The notes: a model not told the origin generated them from the letters alone. Shown: positions 10,023 to 21,064, numbered from the stretch's first letter. The stretch is DNA of 64,000 nt from Salinispira sp. (GCA_965602015.1 OZ271918.1:1664001-1728000); one strand, 5' to 3'. Program-made: numbers and translations.

Positions 10023-11540
10023 CTACACTTCTATTCCCAAGGCCTGGAGAATACGAAGTCCATTTCTTTTTGAAACGATTCCCTTTTTTGGAAGATAATC
10101 AAAACTGATGACATCTCCTTCGACCCTGCCGTCAAAATAGATTTGAAGGTATTTCCCATCCAGCTGTTCGGCGATTTGCAGGTCGTGGGTTGCCGACAGC
10201 ACAATCGAGTCCTCGAACTCGGAAAGATGGCTCAGCACTTTGACCGAGGCATAAATACGCTCCTCGCAATTGGTGCCGGTGAGAATCTCATCTATTAGAA
10301 CCAGGGATGGCCTTGATTTAACCTTCTGGATTAAGGATGCCAGACGTTCGGCTTCGGCAAAATACCGGCTTTTGCTCTCCAATAGCCGGTCAGGAACCCG
10401 GAAGGAGCTCACGATAGCCAGATCGCGGGTTGAATAGCGTTTGGCGAAACAGAAACCGAAGCTTGTTGCCAAAAGCTGATTCACTCCGACGGCCCGCATC
10501 AGTGTTGATTTGCCCGCCATGTTCAAGCCGGTGATTACCGCCCCTTTGGGCAAATCAAGGGTCTGGACAACGGGATTTTGAACAAGGGGATGATAGAGTC
10601 CGGTAAAACCGATGGCTTTGTCCGTGCTATATTTTGAGTAGCAGCTTGGGTTGTCGGAGATAACCCGGGCAGCGCAGCTGATCACATCGTAGTAGCCTAT
10701 GAATGATACAATCTCACGTACTGACGCAATGTTCCGCTGAACTATCCTGTTCGTAAAGAAGAAGGCTATAACTTGAAGCCCAAGGAATATGCGCAGATAA
10801 TCAATTAGTAGCGCTGCGATATCCTCCGAGCCGGCGCCACCGAACCCGTCCTTGAAGAATATGCCGAATCCCTTAATCTTCCGCAAATCCCGGTAACTCG
10901 GAAAAGCCGGAGTGAGGACCCCCGCTCGCCGCTTTTTTAGCTTATCCAGAAAACGAATACCGGCAATGCAGTAATTGATTGAACCCGACAATCGGGCGCT
11001 GGTGCGGTCCACCAGCACAAAGGTCGCCAGGTTAATCCCGAGAAAAATAATTAGCCAATACAATAAAAATTCCGTAAGCACCATCAGCAAGACAATAAAT
11101 GTCGCATAGCTGACGAGAATGAGCAGGGGACTGATTTTTATTAGTCTGGATCGGATGCCGAATCCATTCCAGAGATCACTGACAATGAAGCCCAGATTCT
11201 GCTTGCCAAGCCGTTTAAGCAGAACATCAATCTCCTTGCCTTCCCGGGAACCATCACCGAATTTCCGTAAATCCTGCTGTATGAGACTGATCTCATTTTT
11301 ACCCTTGGTACACCTGAGCCAGTGATCGAGGACTTCGTCCCCAGATGAGCTTTGAGGATGAAAAAACCTCTCCTTTACCTCTAATACATGGAGGTCCTCG
11401 TATGTGGCGTCGTCGATACGTGAATGGCGCAAAGACGGACGGGTCTGCATCATTTCTTTGTGAAAGCTTGTGCTTTTATGCAACGGCTTACGGGCAAATA
11501 ACTCCCAAAAGGCGTTGCGGATTGATTGTAGATAACTCAT
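10023..11540 (-). CDS. membrane-anchored MutS domain V ATPase (MutS-related)
   Basis: ITGLNMAGKST Walker A, LIDEILTGTN, SATHD; TM helices. Confidence 0.85.
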   Translation of the reverse strand: MSYLQSIRNAFWELFARKPLHKSTSFHKEMMQTRPSLRHSRIDDATYEDLHVLEVKERFFHPQSSSGDEVLDHWLRCTKGKNEISLIQQDLRKFGDGSREGKEIDVLLKRLGKQNLGFIVSDLWNGFGIRSRLIKISPLLILVSYATFIVLLMVLTEFLLYWLIIFLGINLATFVLVDRTSARLSGSINYCIAGIRFLDKLKKRRAGVLTPAFPSYRDLRKIKGFGIFFKDGFGGAGSEDIAALLIDYLRIFLGLQVIAFFFTNRIVQRNIASVREIVSFIGYYDVISCAARVISDNPSCYSKYSTDKAIGFTGLYHPLVQNPVVQTLDLPKGAVITGLNMAGKSTLMRAVGVNQLLATSFGFCFAKRYSTRDLAIVSSFRVPDRLLESKSRYFAEAERLASLIQKVKSRPSLVLIDEILTGTNCEERIYASVKVLSHLSEFEDSIVLSATHDLQIAEQLDGKYLQIYFDGRVEGDVISFDYLPKKGIVSKRNGLRILQALGIEV

Positions 11541-11561
11541 TGTACTCGAGTGCCTTGTAAT

Positions 11562-13145
11562 TTATTGCCTGGAGATCATGGAACGATAATAAGATAAAAG
11601 GTCCCTGCACACGTCGTCATCAACGTTTATGCAGCGCTCTTCAAGAAAAGCGGAGAACGTGCGGATCTCCTCTTCTCCCCCCTTTGCCGGCACATAGGTT
11701 TGCATCGACCTGTCGGGAAACAAGCGCTGAGTGGCGGGGCCCTCAAATAGCTTGATGCAGTTCCTATTGCGCTGATCCTTGCCTATGGTCTCATACAGGG
11801 AAGAAACAATTAAGCGGTGACCTTCTATCAGCTGAAGAAACGTACCGTTCGCAAAAATGAGCAAACCGGTGACCAGGTTATCGTGATTCTTTTCAGCGAA
11901 TTCCCGGCTGAGCTGTTGAAAACGAAGCAGATCCATTTCGGCCGCGGCTTCACTTTGATACATGAGCTGGTAAAGATCCTCATTTTTGCGGATGAGCGGA
12001 AGGCCGATTCCCACGGAAGTCCCGCGGTGCTCGGTACTCCGGATGGAGAAGGTCCCGTTCTGCTTTTTTATAAAATCCTTTACGAGGCCAAGCCCCAGAC
12101 CACTACCCATTTCCCGGTTGGTGCCCCGGGTTGACCGTAGGACCCCGTCGCCCAGAATTTGATCGATCACCTTCTGTGGCATGCCCACCCCCGTGTCGTT
12201 GACGGTGATTACACAGCCATCGTCGTTAATTTCATCTCGTACGGAAATGCTTCCGCCGTTTTCTGTGAACTTTACCGCGTTGGACAGAAGGTTGCGCGCC
12301 GCGGTGGCAAACATGTTTCGGTCTCCTACCAGTCGCAGAGCAGGGTCTATTTCATTGTGAAATTTGATGGCCTTATTCCGGGCCGCATCGATGAGCAGTT
12401 CCCAGGAGTTTGCGAATATTTTTGCCGGATCCACGGCCTGAAAGCGTGGTTCGAGGCGCTGATCCTGGCTTCTTACCCACTGAAGAAGTTGGGTAATTAT
12501 TTTTTGGGTATTGTCCGCCGAGGAACGCACGTGGCTGAGATTCTCCTTGAGCTCGGAAACGCTCAGGCTGTCGGCTTCACTGTCCAGCAGCTCAGCGAAC
12601 TGGGACAGGGTTGCCAAGGGGGCCCGGACGTCATGAGCGATAACGCTTAGCAGCCGGTCGCGTACGGCGGTGGACCGCTCGAGGGATGTTACCTGTTCCC
12701 TCAGCGCTGCCTCTGTTGACACCTGCTGCGTCAGGTCTATGGTCACCCCGGCAAGATATTTTCCGCCAGTGTCTGAGAGAGGAAACTTAAACGAAAGAAA
12801 ATGCTTTTGGTCCGGTCCGGTTCCCACAGACTCGATAACCTTCACAGTGTTCTGTGATGCGAGTACTTCGCGGTCATTGGCAACTATGGTTTCGGCCACA
12901 TTAGAGGGGAAAATATCCCCAGCAGCCTTGCCGCGCCAATCAGAGCGGTCTATTGAGAAATACCGCTCAAATGCGGGGTTCATGTATATCAGGCGATGAT
13001 CCGAATCCTTAATCCAGGCGAGCCCGGGCATTTCTTCAAGAATGGCGCGAAATCTACGTGCTTCTTCCCGGGCCTCGGCAAGTTCTCGCCGCAGCTCGCC
13101 TATATCGGCTGACTGGCCCGATTCACCGTTCTGTTTTTTTTTCAT
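11562..13145 (-). CDS. PAS sensor histidine kinase with C-terminal BLUF domain
   Basis: PAS; IAHDVRAPL H-box; NLLSNAVKF, DTGVGM, GSGLGL; BLUF LMYQS..N..VTGLL..FLQLIEG..RLFPDRSM. Confidence 0.88.
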   Translation of the reverse strand: MKKKQNGESGQSADIGELRRELAEAREEARRFRAILEEMPGLAWIKDSDHRLIYMNPAFERYFSIDRSDWRGKAAGDIFPSNVAETIVANDREVLASQNTVKVIESVGTGPDQKHFLSFKFPLSDTGGKYLAGVTIDLTQQVSTEAALREQVTSLERSTAVRDRLLSVIAHDVRAPLATLSQFAELLDSEADSLSVSELKENLSHVRSSADNTQKIITQLLQWVRSQDQRLEPRFQAVDPAKIFANSWELLIDAARNKAIKFHNEIDPALRLVGDRNMFATAARNLLSNAVKFTENGGSISVRDEINDDGCVITVNDTGVGMPQKVIDQILGDGVLRSTRGTNREMGSGLGLGLVKDFIKKQNGTFSIRSTEHRGTSVGIGLPLIRKNEDLYQLMYQSEAAAEMDLLRFQQLSREFAEKNHDNLVTGLLIFANGTFLQLIEGHRLIVSSLYETIGKDQRNRNCIKLFEGPATQRLFPDRSMQTYVPAKGGEEEIRTFSAFLEERCINVDDDVCRDLLSYYRSMISRQ

Positions 13146-13410
13146 GCCGCGACCTCTTTATGTATAGTGCAAGTATAGTTCGGATGGGCGTGGTGAGCAA
13201 ACATGCGCAATCTCGGAAAAAACATGTCATGAACTCCACATCCAGAGCCTTCAGGAGCGCGGCCGCCGTTGCCCTCAACCTCGAAGAGCAATTACGGCAG
13301 ATCGCCTACGTCTGACGCTGATCTACCATAAATGTACTGTACACAGAACTGCGCAGATTCAGACCTGTGTATAAATCTATTATCTATATATACTTACCGA
13401 TTTAAACTAT

Positions 13411-13439
13411 TTGACGGATGCAATTTTCGGTAATAAAAT
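13411..13439 (+). promoter_or_regulatory. sigma70-type promoter of the amylase gene
   Basis: TTGACG-17 nt-TAAAAT. Confidence 0.65.
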
Positions 13440-13581
13440 CAAAGCAGCATCAAGGCGCCAACGCCTGATAATTCCCTTCGAAGGCCGCAAATATTTGGGG
13501 AAATACTGCGGCTTTAGGAACCGTACAGCATAAGGAACCCTTTGATCGGATAGCTCCCGGCCGCGGCGTCGAGGGGGTTTT

Positions 13582-16275
13582 ATGTCTATACGGTCAAAGC
13601 TGACCAGGACAGCTATGCTGCTGCTTTCTGCAGCAGTCCTATTCGCATTGGGATGTTCGCTTCCTGGCGATACATCATCGGACTATTCGAGCGTTGCAGT
13701 CAGCAGGGCTCCAATCCCGAGTTCCTCGGTCGATTTCCGCGAAGAATCAATCTACTTCCTGATTCCCAGCCGCTTCTACGACGGGGATTCAAGCAACAAT
13801 GTTCCCACCGAGTGGAGCTCCTATAATCCTGACAACCCGAACTCGGAAATCACAGATCCCAACGACGTGACATGGCGGGGGGACTTCAGAGGGCTTATTG
13901 AGTACGGGCTTGATTACATCCAGGACCTGGGTTTCACCGCAGTTTGGCTCACGCCCATCGTCCACAACCGCAGTCCACTGGACTATCACGGATACCACGC
14001 ATGGGATTTTAACGCCGTTGATCCGCGATTAGAGACTCCCGGCTATACATACCAGGATTTTATTAACGCGGCTCACGATAGGGGCATAAAAGTCATTCAG
14101 GACGTGGTCTGGAATCACTCGGGTCGATACGGCATCAAGGATGTGGCGGAACTCAAATACAATACCGATCCCGACGCGCCGTGGTACGCCCCGCCAAATC
14201 CCGACTGGGAATACGACGGCATCACCCCGAACCCTTGGGATGGAAAAATCTGGAGCCGGGCGAACATCGCGCCTATGCCGCCGCCGTATAATCAGGACCT
14301 GAGCCTGTACAACTGGCCGAGCACAGAAAGTTTTATTAACACCTCTGATCCTGCCTGGTACCATCATTCGGGCAACGGCTTTGCACAGGGCTGGGATGAT
14401 ACAGAAAATCTGTACAACAGGGCGCTGGCGGATGACACTCCTGATCTGAACACCGAATCTCCGGTGGTGCGTCAGTATCTTGTCGACGCCTATACGCGCT
14501 ATATCGACATGGGTGTCGATGCGTTCCGGGTTGATACGGTCAAACATATGGACCGGGACTCGGTGCTCTTTTTCATCGACGCGTTTAAAAATCACGATCC
14601 CGACCTGTTTATCTTTGGCGAGGTCGCGCAAAAACGGCATGAACTCCATCAAGTGGAGGAAATCAATCCTCACTGGTATACTTGGGACGGACCGGTTGGA
14701 AACTCGAATAACTCGGGAATGGCCGTTATTGATTTCTACGCCCAGGCGACCTTTCATGGAGTATTTGAATACAACCAATCCTTCGGTGAAGCCAGGGCGG
14801 CAGCCCGCTACGACCACCTGTATTCCGATGCGTCCACGAACGTCATGTGGCTCGACAACCATGACTTCGGTCCCAATAACGACTGGAACCGTCGCTTTTC
14901 CGGCAGTGCCGAGACCATGGCCAGCTACGTCAACTTCACCTGGACATGGAGAGGAATCCCAACACTTTACTACGGCAGCGAAATCCAGTTTATGAGTGGT
15001 GCCTATACGGATATCCACGAGGCTTCGGATATTAACCGGTCCATCGACCTCACCGGCCGGGCCTACTACGGCGACAATATCTTTACCGCATCAAGCCATC
15101 CCTTGTACCAGCACATCAAAAAGATGAATGAAATCCGTTCCGCCCTGCCCGCTCTTCAAAAAGGCAATTGGTACTGGGCGGGTAATCCTTCCAGCGGCGA
15201 CGGTGTCGGATATGTCAGGGAATACAATGGCCAGGTAATTGCCGTCGGTCTGGCGAAGAACTCCACAGTCAGTTTTGCCTTTGAGGGCTTGCCCTCCGGA
15301 ACCTACCGGGATGCGGTAACCGGAGCCGAGATCAGCTCCTCGGGAAGTCTCAGTTTTGATGTCAGTTCCGCCTCTGCGGGAATTTACGTTCTCGACGGTC
15401 CGGGCCTCATCGGCGGACTAGGAGCCGGTTTTTTCCAGACAAGTTCCAACGGTCAGGGCGGCGGATCGGGCAGCGGTTCCGGCGGATCGGATCACTGGGA
15501 TGGGGCATTTTTTCGAGGGACTCCAAATGGATGGGGCACCAGCGAAATGACATGGAACGACTCCGAAAGGATGTGGGAAACCACCCAGTATTTCCAGGGA
15601 GATAATGCGCGATTCAAGGTCGACAGATACGGCAACTGGACGGAAAACTATCCGGCACAGGACTATCTTATCACCGAAGGACCGGGCAACTATTTCATTC
15701 AGTTTGATGACGCAGGGAAAACCTTTGTGGTCACAAAATTATTGCCAAGCTCTTACAGCATTTCGGGCCGGGTAACGGACCAATCGGGCGACGGAATCCA
15801 GGGAATTATTGTCAGTACCGGGACCCATTCAGCGGTAACGAATTCCCAGGGCAGCTGGCAAATTGCGAATCTTTCGCCGGGGAACTACAGCGTGAGCCCC
15901 TCGGGTGATGGCCTGGTATTCTCGCCCGGAAGTCGGGAAGTTACGCTCCAGACAGGAAACGCCACGGGCATCGATTTCACCGGAGCCATGCCGGGCAGTG
16001 ACCTGATTGTGTACTATGCAGAATTTGAGTCCGCAGCCCTGTACTACATCCACGCGTGGGACGGTTTGTCGGGGGATATTCCGATGTCCTACGAAGGCTA
16101 TATTAACGGAAGACATTGGTGGCGGGCGTCAATCAGCAATCCCCCGCCAACATTCACGTTCTGCTTCACCAACAGCAACGGCAACTGGGACGGTGGCAAT
16201 AGAGCATATAACGGGCAGTCAGACGATATCTATGTGCTCTCCTGGAATAACCAGGTATACCCGTATCGCCCCTGA
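13582..16275 (+). CDS. GH13 alpha-amylase family lipoprotein with C-terminal starch-binding/beta-sandwich modules
   Basis: ALGC lipobox; YHGYH, DVVWNH, FRVDTVKH, FGEV, LDNHD catalytic motifs; Gly/Ser linker. Confidence 0.92.
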   Translation: MSIRSKLTRTAMLLLSAAVLFALGCSLPGDTSSDYSSVAVSRAPIPSSSVDFREESIYFLIPSRFYDGDSSNNVPTEWSSYNPDNPNSEITDPNDVTWRGDFRGLIEYGLDYIQDLGFTAVWLTPIVHNRSPLDYHGYHAWDFNAVDPRLETPGYTYQDFINAAHDRGIKVIQDVVWNHSGRYGIKDVAELKYNTDPDAPWYAPPNPDWEYDGITPNPWDGKIWSRANIAPMPPPYNQDLSLYNWPSTESFINTSDPAWYHHSGNGFAQGWDDTENLYNRALADDTPDLNTESPVVRQYLVDAYTRYIDMGVDAFRVDTVKHMDRDSVLFFIDAFKNHDPDLFIFGEVAQKRHELHQVEEINPHWYTWDGPVGNSNNSGMAVIDFYAQATFHGVFEYNQSFGEARAAARYDHLYSDASTNVMWLDNHDFGPNNDWNRRFSGSAETMASYVNFTWTWRGIPTLYYGSEIQFMSGAYTDIHEASDINRSIDLTGRAYYGDNIFTASSHPLYQHIKKMNEIRSALPALQKGNWYWAGNPSSGDGVGYVREYNGQVIAVGLAKNSTVSFAFEGLPSGTYRDAVTGAEISSSGSLSFDVSSASAGIYVLDGPGLIGGLGAGFFQTSSNGQGGGSGSGSGGSDHWDGAFFRGTPNGWGTSEMTWNDSERMWETTQYFQGDNARFKVDRYGNWTENYPAQDYLITEGPGNYFIQFDDAGKTFVVTKLLPSSYSISGRVTDQSGDGIQGIIVSTGTHSAVTNSQGSWQIANLSPGNYSVSPSGDGLVFSPGSREVTLQTGNATGIDFTGAMPGSDLIVYYAEFESAALYYIHAWDGLSGDIPMSYEGYINGRHWWRASISNPPPTFTFCFTNSNGNWDGGNRAYNGQSDDIYVLSWNNQVYPYRP

Positions 16276-16289
16276 TTCTGTCTGACATA

Positions 16290-16321
16290 AAAACGCCCTC
16301 GGATTTCTCCGGGGGCGTTTT
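16290..16321. terminator. bidirectional intrinsic terminator
   Basis: AAAACGCCCTCGGA-TTTC-TCCGGGGGCGTTTT between convergent genes. Confidence 0.85.
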
Positions 16322-16349
16322 CGGCATTGCTCAGGAAAATAGTGCACTG

Positions 16350-16817
16350 CTACAGACCTTGGACTCCCATATTGCGGATTTGGGCGGCATGATAACTGTC
16401 ATGGGTGGCGATCCAGGCCAGCGCCTGACCAACCGAGCAGTCCCATTCATCGATTCTCCGTTCAATGTCTTCATCACTGAGGTTCTCAAGCAGCTTCATA
16501 TACTCGGCGTGAATGTCATCGCTGATCCCGATAGTTCTCTGCCAATTCTCATCCGTAACCTCAGGTATGGCGGGAAAGGATTTCTTTTCATACGGCCACG
16601 GATGCTCCCCGGGCTGGAAATATTCGAGGACCTTCCATTTGAAGAAGGCGTCGTGAAGTACAACGGCCCATGCGGAAAAACCGTCTATGGTGCCGGTATC
16701 AGAAGCCTGCTCCAGGCTGAGTTTTTTTACTGTCTGGATAAATGCCGGACCATTAAATGAGCCGGCGGTATACTCCCGCTCGGTGAGATATCCTATCCAT
16801 TTCAATTGTTCGATCAT
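16350..16817 (-). CDS. DinB family protein
   Basis: SAWAVVLH and THDSYHAAQI motifs; start trimmed to MIEQL. Confidence 0.8.
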   Translation of the reverse strand: MIEQLKWIGYLTEREYTAGSFNGPAFIQTVKKLSLEQASDTGTIDGFSAWAVVLHDAFFKWKVLEYFQPGEHPWPYEKKSFPAIPEVTDENWQRTIGISDDIHAEYMKLLENLSDEDIERRIDEWDCSVGQALAWIATHDSYHAAQIRNMGVQGL

Positions 16818-16924
16818 CACAAGGCTCCTGGATGCATATATTTGCTCAGAGTATAGCCCGAATTGCTGCTCATGAGGCAGGCCAAAAGGATAAATTTCCA
16901 TCTTTGCCGCAGCCACTCTTTCCT

Positions 16925-18178
16925 TCAGAACAGAAAATTAAATCGCGAAGTGCTGCGGTTTTGAGAACCCAGCCAATTAAACCAATCGTCCGCCGGCAGA
17001 AGCAGATCCTCGATCGGACCATGTATCTCTCCGCTTGTGTGCGCAGGTAAACCAGGTCCTTGCCAATCATACGCGAGGCTTTCCAGCCTGGTTGCATTAC
17101 CCGGCTGTCCCTGAGGATACGTCAGAATTACGACCCGGCCGCCGTCCCGGCTCACCGGTCCGCCCGACCCGGGAACCGGCCTCAGCGGCACATCAAACAT
17201 CACCGGGCTTGGATCAGTGCCGCTGCAGCCCTGGCACTCGATGCTTCCGTCGGAATATACGATTGTTGAAGGGATATTTTGATTCACCGGTGAAGCGGGA
17301 GCGGGAATCAGGGCAACCCCGCCTTCCGGCGATGGTTCGCTGGGCGGACTATCACCAAACCCAAGATAATAAAGCACGCCCGATGAATCGGGAAGCCAGG
17401 CCATATTGCTGTAGTTTCCCGTTTCGTCCTCCCCTGCTAGCTCCCAGGAGTCAAGAAGTGCTTCGTTGTTCCACGGATTTCCCGTAACCCAGGACGTTCC
17501 CTGTATTTCCAGATTGTCCGAATCGAGAAAAACCACGAGGCGGTAGTGAGCAAAGGGATCAAAGACACTTGCCCCTTCCTGAAGCACGCTAAAATACTGT
17601 AAGGCGATGAGCTGGCCATCCGGGGATGGAATAGCTGCCGTAGGCGTCAAAATGTTCGCAAGGAGGTCTGGGGTCAGCTCAGCCGGACGCGATGGAGCGT
17701 TAAGTCGTGGATGAGTTTGAATGGCCTGGCGTAAACGGGCTGTGCCGACTTCGAGAGGCCGGGCTGACCCATCGTCTAATCGGTAAATAAACGGGTTGGC
17801 CTCCGAAAAAACCACAAATCCCTTGGCCTTGTTCCAGAACACCATGCTGTATTGCGCCCCTCCGCCGGTGGCGACAATCGAGTCATATTGGATGCCTTCG
17901 GGGAATGAGGCAAGAAGCCGTCTGCCTTCCGAAGGATTTCCCGGATCCTCCGCTTCATACAGAAAAACCATCCAATCTCTGGCTCGTTGATCGGCAAAAT
18001 GCGGATTCGATGGTCGCATGGTTTTGTAGCGCGATTGAACGATGAGCAGAGATTCTCCGTCCTCGGCGTAAGCCCCCCTGACATCGCGGATTACCTCGGT
18101 TCTCAACAAGTCGCAACCAGCGATAACAGACAGAAAGACAGGAAGTAGGAGCAACATGGTTCGGGATAACTGTGTCAT
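16925..18178 (-). CDS. hypothetical lipoprotein (possible beta-propeller elements)
   Basis: IAGC lipobox; SPDG and WLPD motifs. Confidence 0.65.
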   Translation of the reverse strand: MTQLSRTMLLLLPVFLSVIAGCDLLRTEVIRDVRGAYAEDGESLLIVQSRYKTMRPSNPHFADQRARDWMVFLYEAEDPGNPSEGRRLLASFPEGIQYDSIVATGGGAQYSMVFWNKAKGFVVFSEANPFIYRLDDGSARPLEVGTARLRQAIQTHPRLNAPSRPAELTPDLLANILTPTAAIPSPDGQLIALQYFSVLQEGASVFDPFAHYRLVVFLDSDNLEIQGTSWVTGNPWNNEALLDSWELAGEDETGNYSNMAWLPDSSGVLYYLGFGDSPPSEPSPEGGVALIPAPASPVNQNIPSTIVYSDGSIECQGCSGTDPSPVMFDVPLRPVPGSGGPVSRDGGRVVILTYPQGQPGNATRLESLAYDWQGPGLPAHTSGEIHGPIEDLLLPADDWFNWLGSQNRSTSRFNFLF

Positions 18179-18361
18179 GTATAAAGATTAGCCGGATAGT
18201 CAGGTAAATTCAATGTGCCCCATGCTCGATTCTGATTACCGCCTGTTTTCTGCTCAAATTACTCAACATTACAGGAAACTTTTAGTCCCATGCACTATCT
18301 TAGTAAAAAAGGCAGAAATTATTGTGTACAACAGCAAAACTACTCGCTTTCGGGGGGAGAA

Positions 18362-21037
18362 ATGAAAAATGGCAATCACGTGGTTCGAACAGCAGTACTT
18401 ATCCTGTCCATCCTCGTAGTTTTTTCGGGATGTGATTTTCTCACAGGGATAATAAACGGCGAGCCGGTAGCCGACGCCGGTGAAGATCAGATTGTGACCC
18501 TTGGGGATGTTGTACGTCTCGATGGAAATGAATCATTTGATCCTGATGGGGATGTAATCTCAGCCACTTGGGAAGTTGATTCGAGGCCTTCGGATTCCGG
18601 CATAACCGAGCTTGATTTTAGTAATCAGCGGGGCTTTTTTACAGAAATAACCCCTGATGCTGTGGGTGTCTACGTTTTCCGGCTCTTGGTTAGCGACGGC
18701 GACTCCGATGCTGAAGACAGGGTTAGGGTTGAAGTCATTGCCGATGACGGGAGCGGCGGCAGCGGTGGTTCCACGAGCGATGCAACCCTTTCTAACCTTT
18801 TGATAGACGGTGTTTCCCCGGCGGCGTTTACCGCTGGTCAGAGCGCTCCTGATGGCGGCTTTTTTGTCTCCATCAGCGACACCGATAACGATGGTTCTGA
18901 ATTTGTAACAATAGCCGCCTCGGCAACTCAAGCTGATTCGGACGTCTCCTTTATTGACGAAACTGGAAATCCATTGGCGGATGCCGACTTAGCGGAAACC
19001 GGCTTTCAATTTCTCATAGACGGAACGAGCACTGTGGCAATTGTCCGGGTTATCACAGCTGATGGAGCCGGTACGGAAGATTACCAGGTCTCTTTTACCT
19101 TGGACTCCAGTGTTCTTCCCAGACTATCCTCCATTTTGGTGGAAGGTGTTGAGATCACCGGTTTCAATTCAAATATCTTCAGTTATAACGCCGAAGCCAA
19201 TTTCGGCTTTGGTACCGCATTGACTATTGTTGCCCTTCCGGTAGACAGCAGTCTGTCAGTCCAAACTGAAGCGGGCATCACCCCTACAACGTTTGCCGAC
19301 GGATCTATTCAGTTCGAGTTTACGCCTACACAGGCGGACAATGACGTTACCATCAGCGTTGATGACGGAAGCGGATTTCCCGCCAGCTATTCTATATCGT
19401 TCAGTGATACCTCCGAACCGGTAAATCTGTCTGACGCTCTGTGGGCCCGATGGGATTTTACCGGTAATACGGAAGACAGCTCGGGTAACTTCAACAACCT
19501 GAATATCATTCAGGGTAATCCCGAAGGCAGCGCTTCAGACCGGGACAACAACTCAAATTCCGCCCTCCAATTCACCGGGACAAATGATCGCCTCGAACAA
19601 CCCGGCAATGCGGCAATTAACAGCACCCCCGACGGTGTGTCAATTTCGCTGTGGGTTCAGGGACTACCGACTCCCGGCAGACTCATAAGCCGGAGGAACG
19701 GCCCGGGCAATTCCAGCTGGGAGGTCGATGTGGTTGCAGCAGGAATCAGAACCAGCTTTGCCGGAAGTGTAATCGGAATTACCTTTTCGGCAAGTGATCT
19801 CGATACCGACAGCGACAATGTTTTTGATGATTGGAATCACCTGGCATGGGTTTTTGACCAGCTTAGCAATACCTACACCTTCTATCTCAACGGTGCGGAG
19901 TACTATCAAAACACCTGGTCGGCTGCCAACGATATCAGCACGACCAACCCAATACGCATTGGAAATAGCGCTTTGTCTGGCAGTCCCAATGCAGTTCTTG
20001 ATGACATTCGTCTGTACAGCAGACCGGTGAATGCCAGCGAAATTCAAGCACTGTCAGATCTCGCACCGGTGGCTAATATAGGGGGAGGTCCGGGCCAGGC
20101 AGGAAGTCCATCGCCTGCCAATTCGGCGATAGATGTAGCGCTGGCCACCGGGCTGAATTGGAGTTCTTCTGCAGACACCTCGACGGTAGATATCTATTTC
20201 GGGACGTCAAATCCCCCGACATTTCTATTGTTTGAAAACCGCAATGCAGGCGCCGGCCCGGTCAACGCCGCTGACATGACAGCAGCATTGGCAGCCCAGG
20301 GACAAGTTCTCGAGGCGGACACCCAATACTTCTGGAGGGTGGATTCAACCAGCAGCTTTGGCATAACGACAGTGGGACAAGTGTGGAATTTCACCACTGA
20401 ACTACCGGTAAATCTGTCTGACGGATTATGGGCTCAATGGGCATTTGGAGGAAATTATCTCGACTCTGCATCTCCGTTTAACAATCTTGTGGCCAATGCC
20501 CCGTACCCCCTACCCGCAACCAGCGCCACGAATCGCTTCAACCAAGCGAACAACGCCCTGCAGATTTCAAGCGTAGATGAAGGATTGGTGACCGTGCCGG
20601 GCCAGTTTAATATTATTAACTCCAGCCAATCCCTTTCGATTATATTTTGGATGGAGGGTGTTCCCGGCAACGGACGCATAATATCCCGGCGAAACGCTGA
20701 GGGCGGCGGCGGTACCCAACTGTGGGAGGTTGACGTTTTTAACGGCAGTCTGCGCTTTAGTTTTGGAGGTGGTGTGTCGGCAATCTGGAATGCCTCCGGT
20801 CTCAGCGGCTGGAATAACATTGCCCTCGTTGTTGACGGAGCCAACTCCCGCTTAAGAATATATGTAAACGGGGTGCTTGAAATCGACCAGGCATTCAGCG
20901 GAGCAATTGATGCCGCCAATAATCCGATTACCATCGGCAGAACCGAGAGCAATTTAGGCGCAGCCCCGGGAATTTACGATGATTTCAGGATATACCACAG
21001 AGCGATTAACAGCGCAGAGGTCAATGCCTTACAATAG
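18362..21037 (+). CDS. surface lipoprotein with PKD, cadherin-like and two LamG domains
   Basis: FSGC lipobox; PVADAGEDQ..LDG..S.DPDGD; duplicated PVNLSD.LWA.W.F...DD.R.Y.R.N..E..AL modules. Confidence 0.85.
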   Translation: MKNGNHVVRTAVLILSILVVFSGCDFLTGIINGEPVADAGEDQIVTLGDVVRLDGNESFDPDGDVISATWEVDSRPSDSGITELDFSNQRGFFTEITPDAVGVYVFRLLVSDGDSDAEDRVRVEVIADDGSGGSGGSTSDATLSNLLIDGVSPAAFTAGQSAPDGGFFVSISDTDNDGSEFVTIAASATQADSDVSFIDETGNPLADADLAETGFQFLIDGTSTVAIVRVITADGAGTEDYQVSFTLDSSVLPRLSSILVEGVEITGFNSNIFSYNAEANFGFGTALTIVALPVDSSLSVQTEAGITPTTFADGSIQFEFTPTQADNDVTISVDDGSGFPASYSISFSDTSEPVNLSDALWARWDFTGNTEDSSGNFNNLNIIQGNPEGSASDRDNNSNSALQFTGTNDRLEQPGNAAINSTPDGVSISLWVQGLPTPGRLISRRNGPGNSSWEVDVVAAGIRTSFAGSVIGITFSASDLDTDSDNVFDDWNHLAWVFDQLSNTYTFYLNGAEYYQNTWSAANDISTTNPIRIGNSALSGSPNAVLDDIRLYSRPVNASEIQALSDLAPVANIGGGPGQAGSPSPANSAIDVALATGLNWSSSADTSTVDIYFGTSNPPTFLLFENRNAGAGPVNAADMTAALAAQGQVLEADTQYFWRVDSTSSFGITTVGQVWNFTTELPVNLSDGLWAQWAFGGNYLDSASPFNNLVANAPYPLPATSATNRFNQANNALQISSVDEGLVTVPGQFNIINSSQSLSIIFWMEGVPGNGRIISRRNAEGGGGTQLWEVDVFNGSLRFSFGGGVSAIWNASGLSGWNNIALVVDGANSRLRIYVNGVLEIDQAFSGAIDAANNPITIGRTESNLGAAPGIYDDFRIYHRAINSAEVNALQ

Positions 21038-21064
21038 GGGCAAAAAGCGATTCGCATTTTAGCA

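Noticed and set aside
13058..13315. 85-aa ORF between the kinase and the amylase
   Set aside because: It overlaps the kinase start and has no recognisable motif.
14029..15018. 329-aa antisense ORF, and similar antisense ORFs across the window
   Set aside because: Opposite strand of well-supported genes; no motifs of their own.
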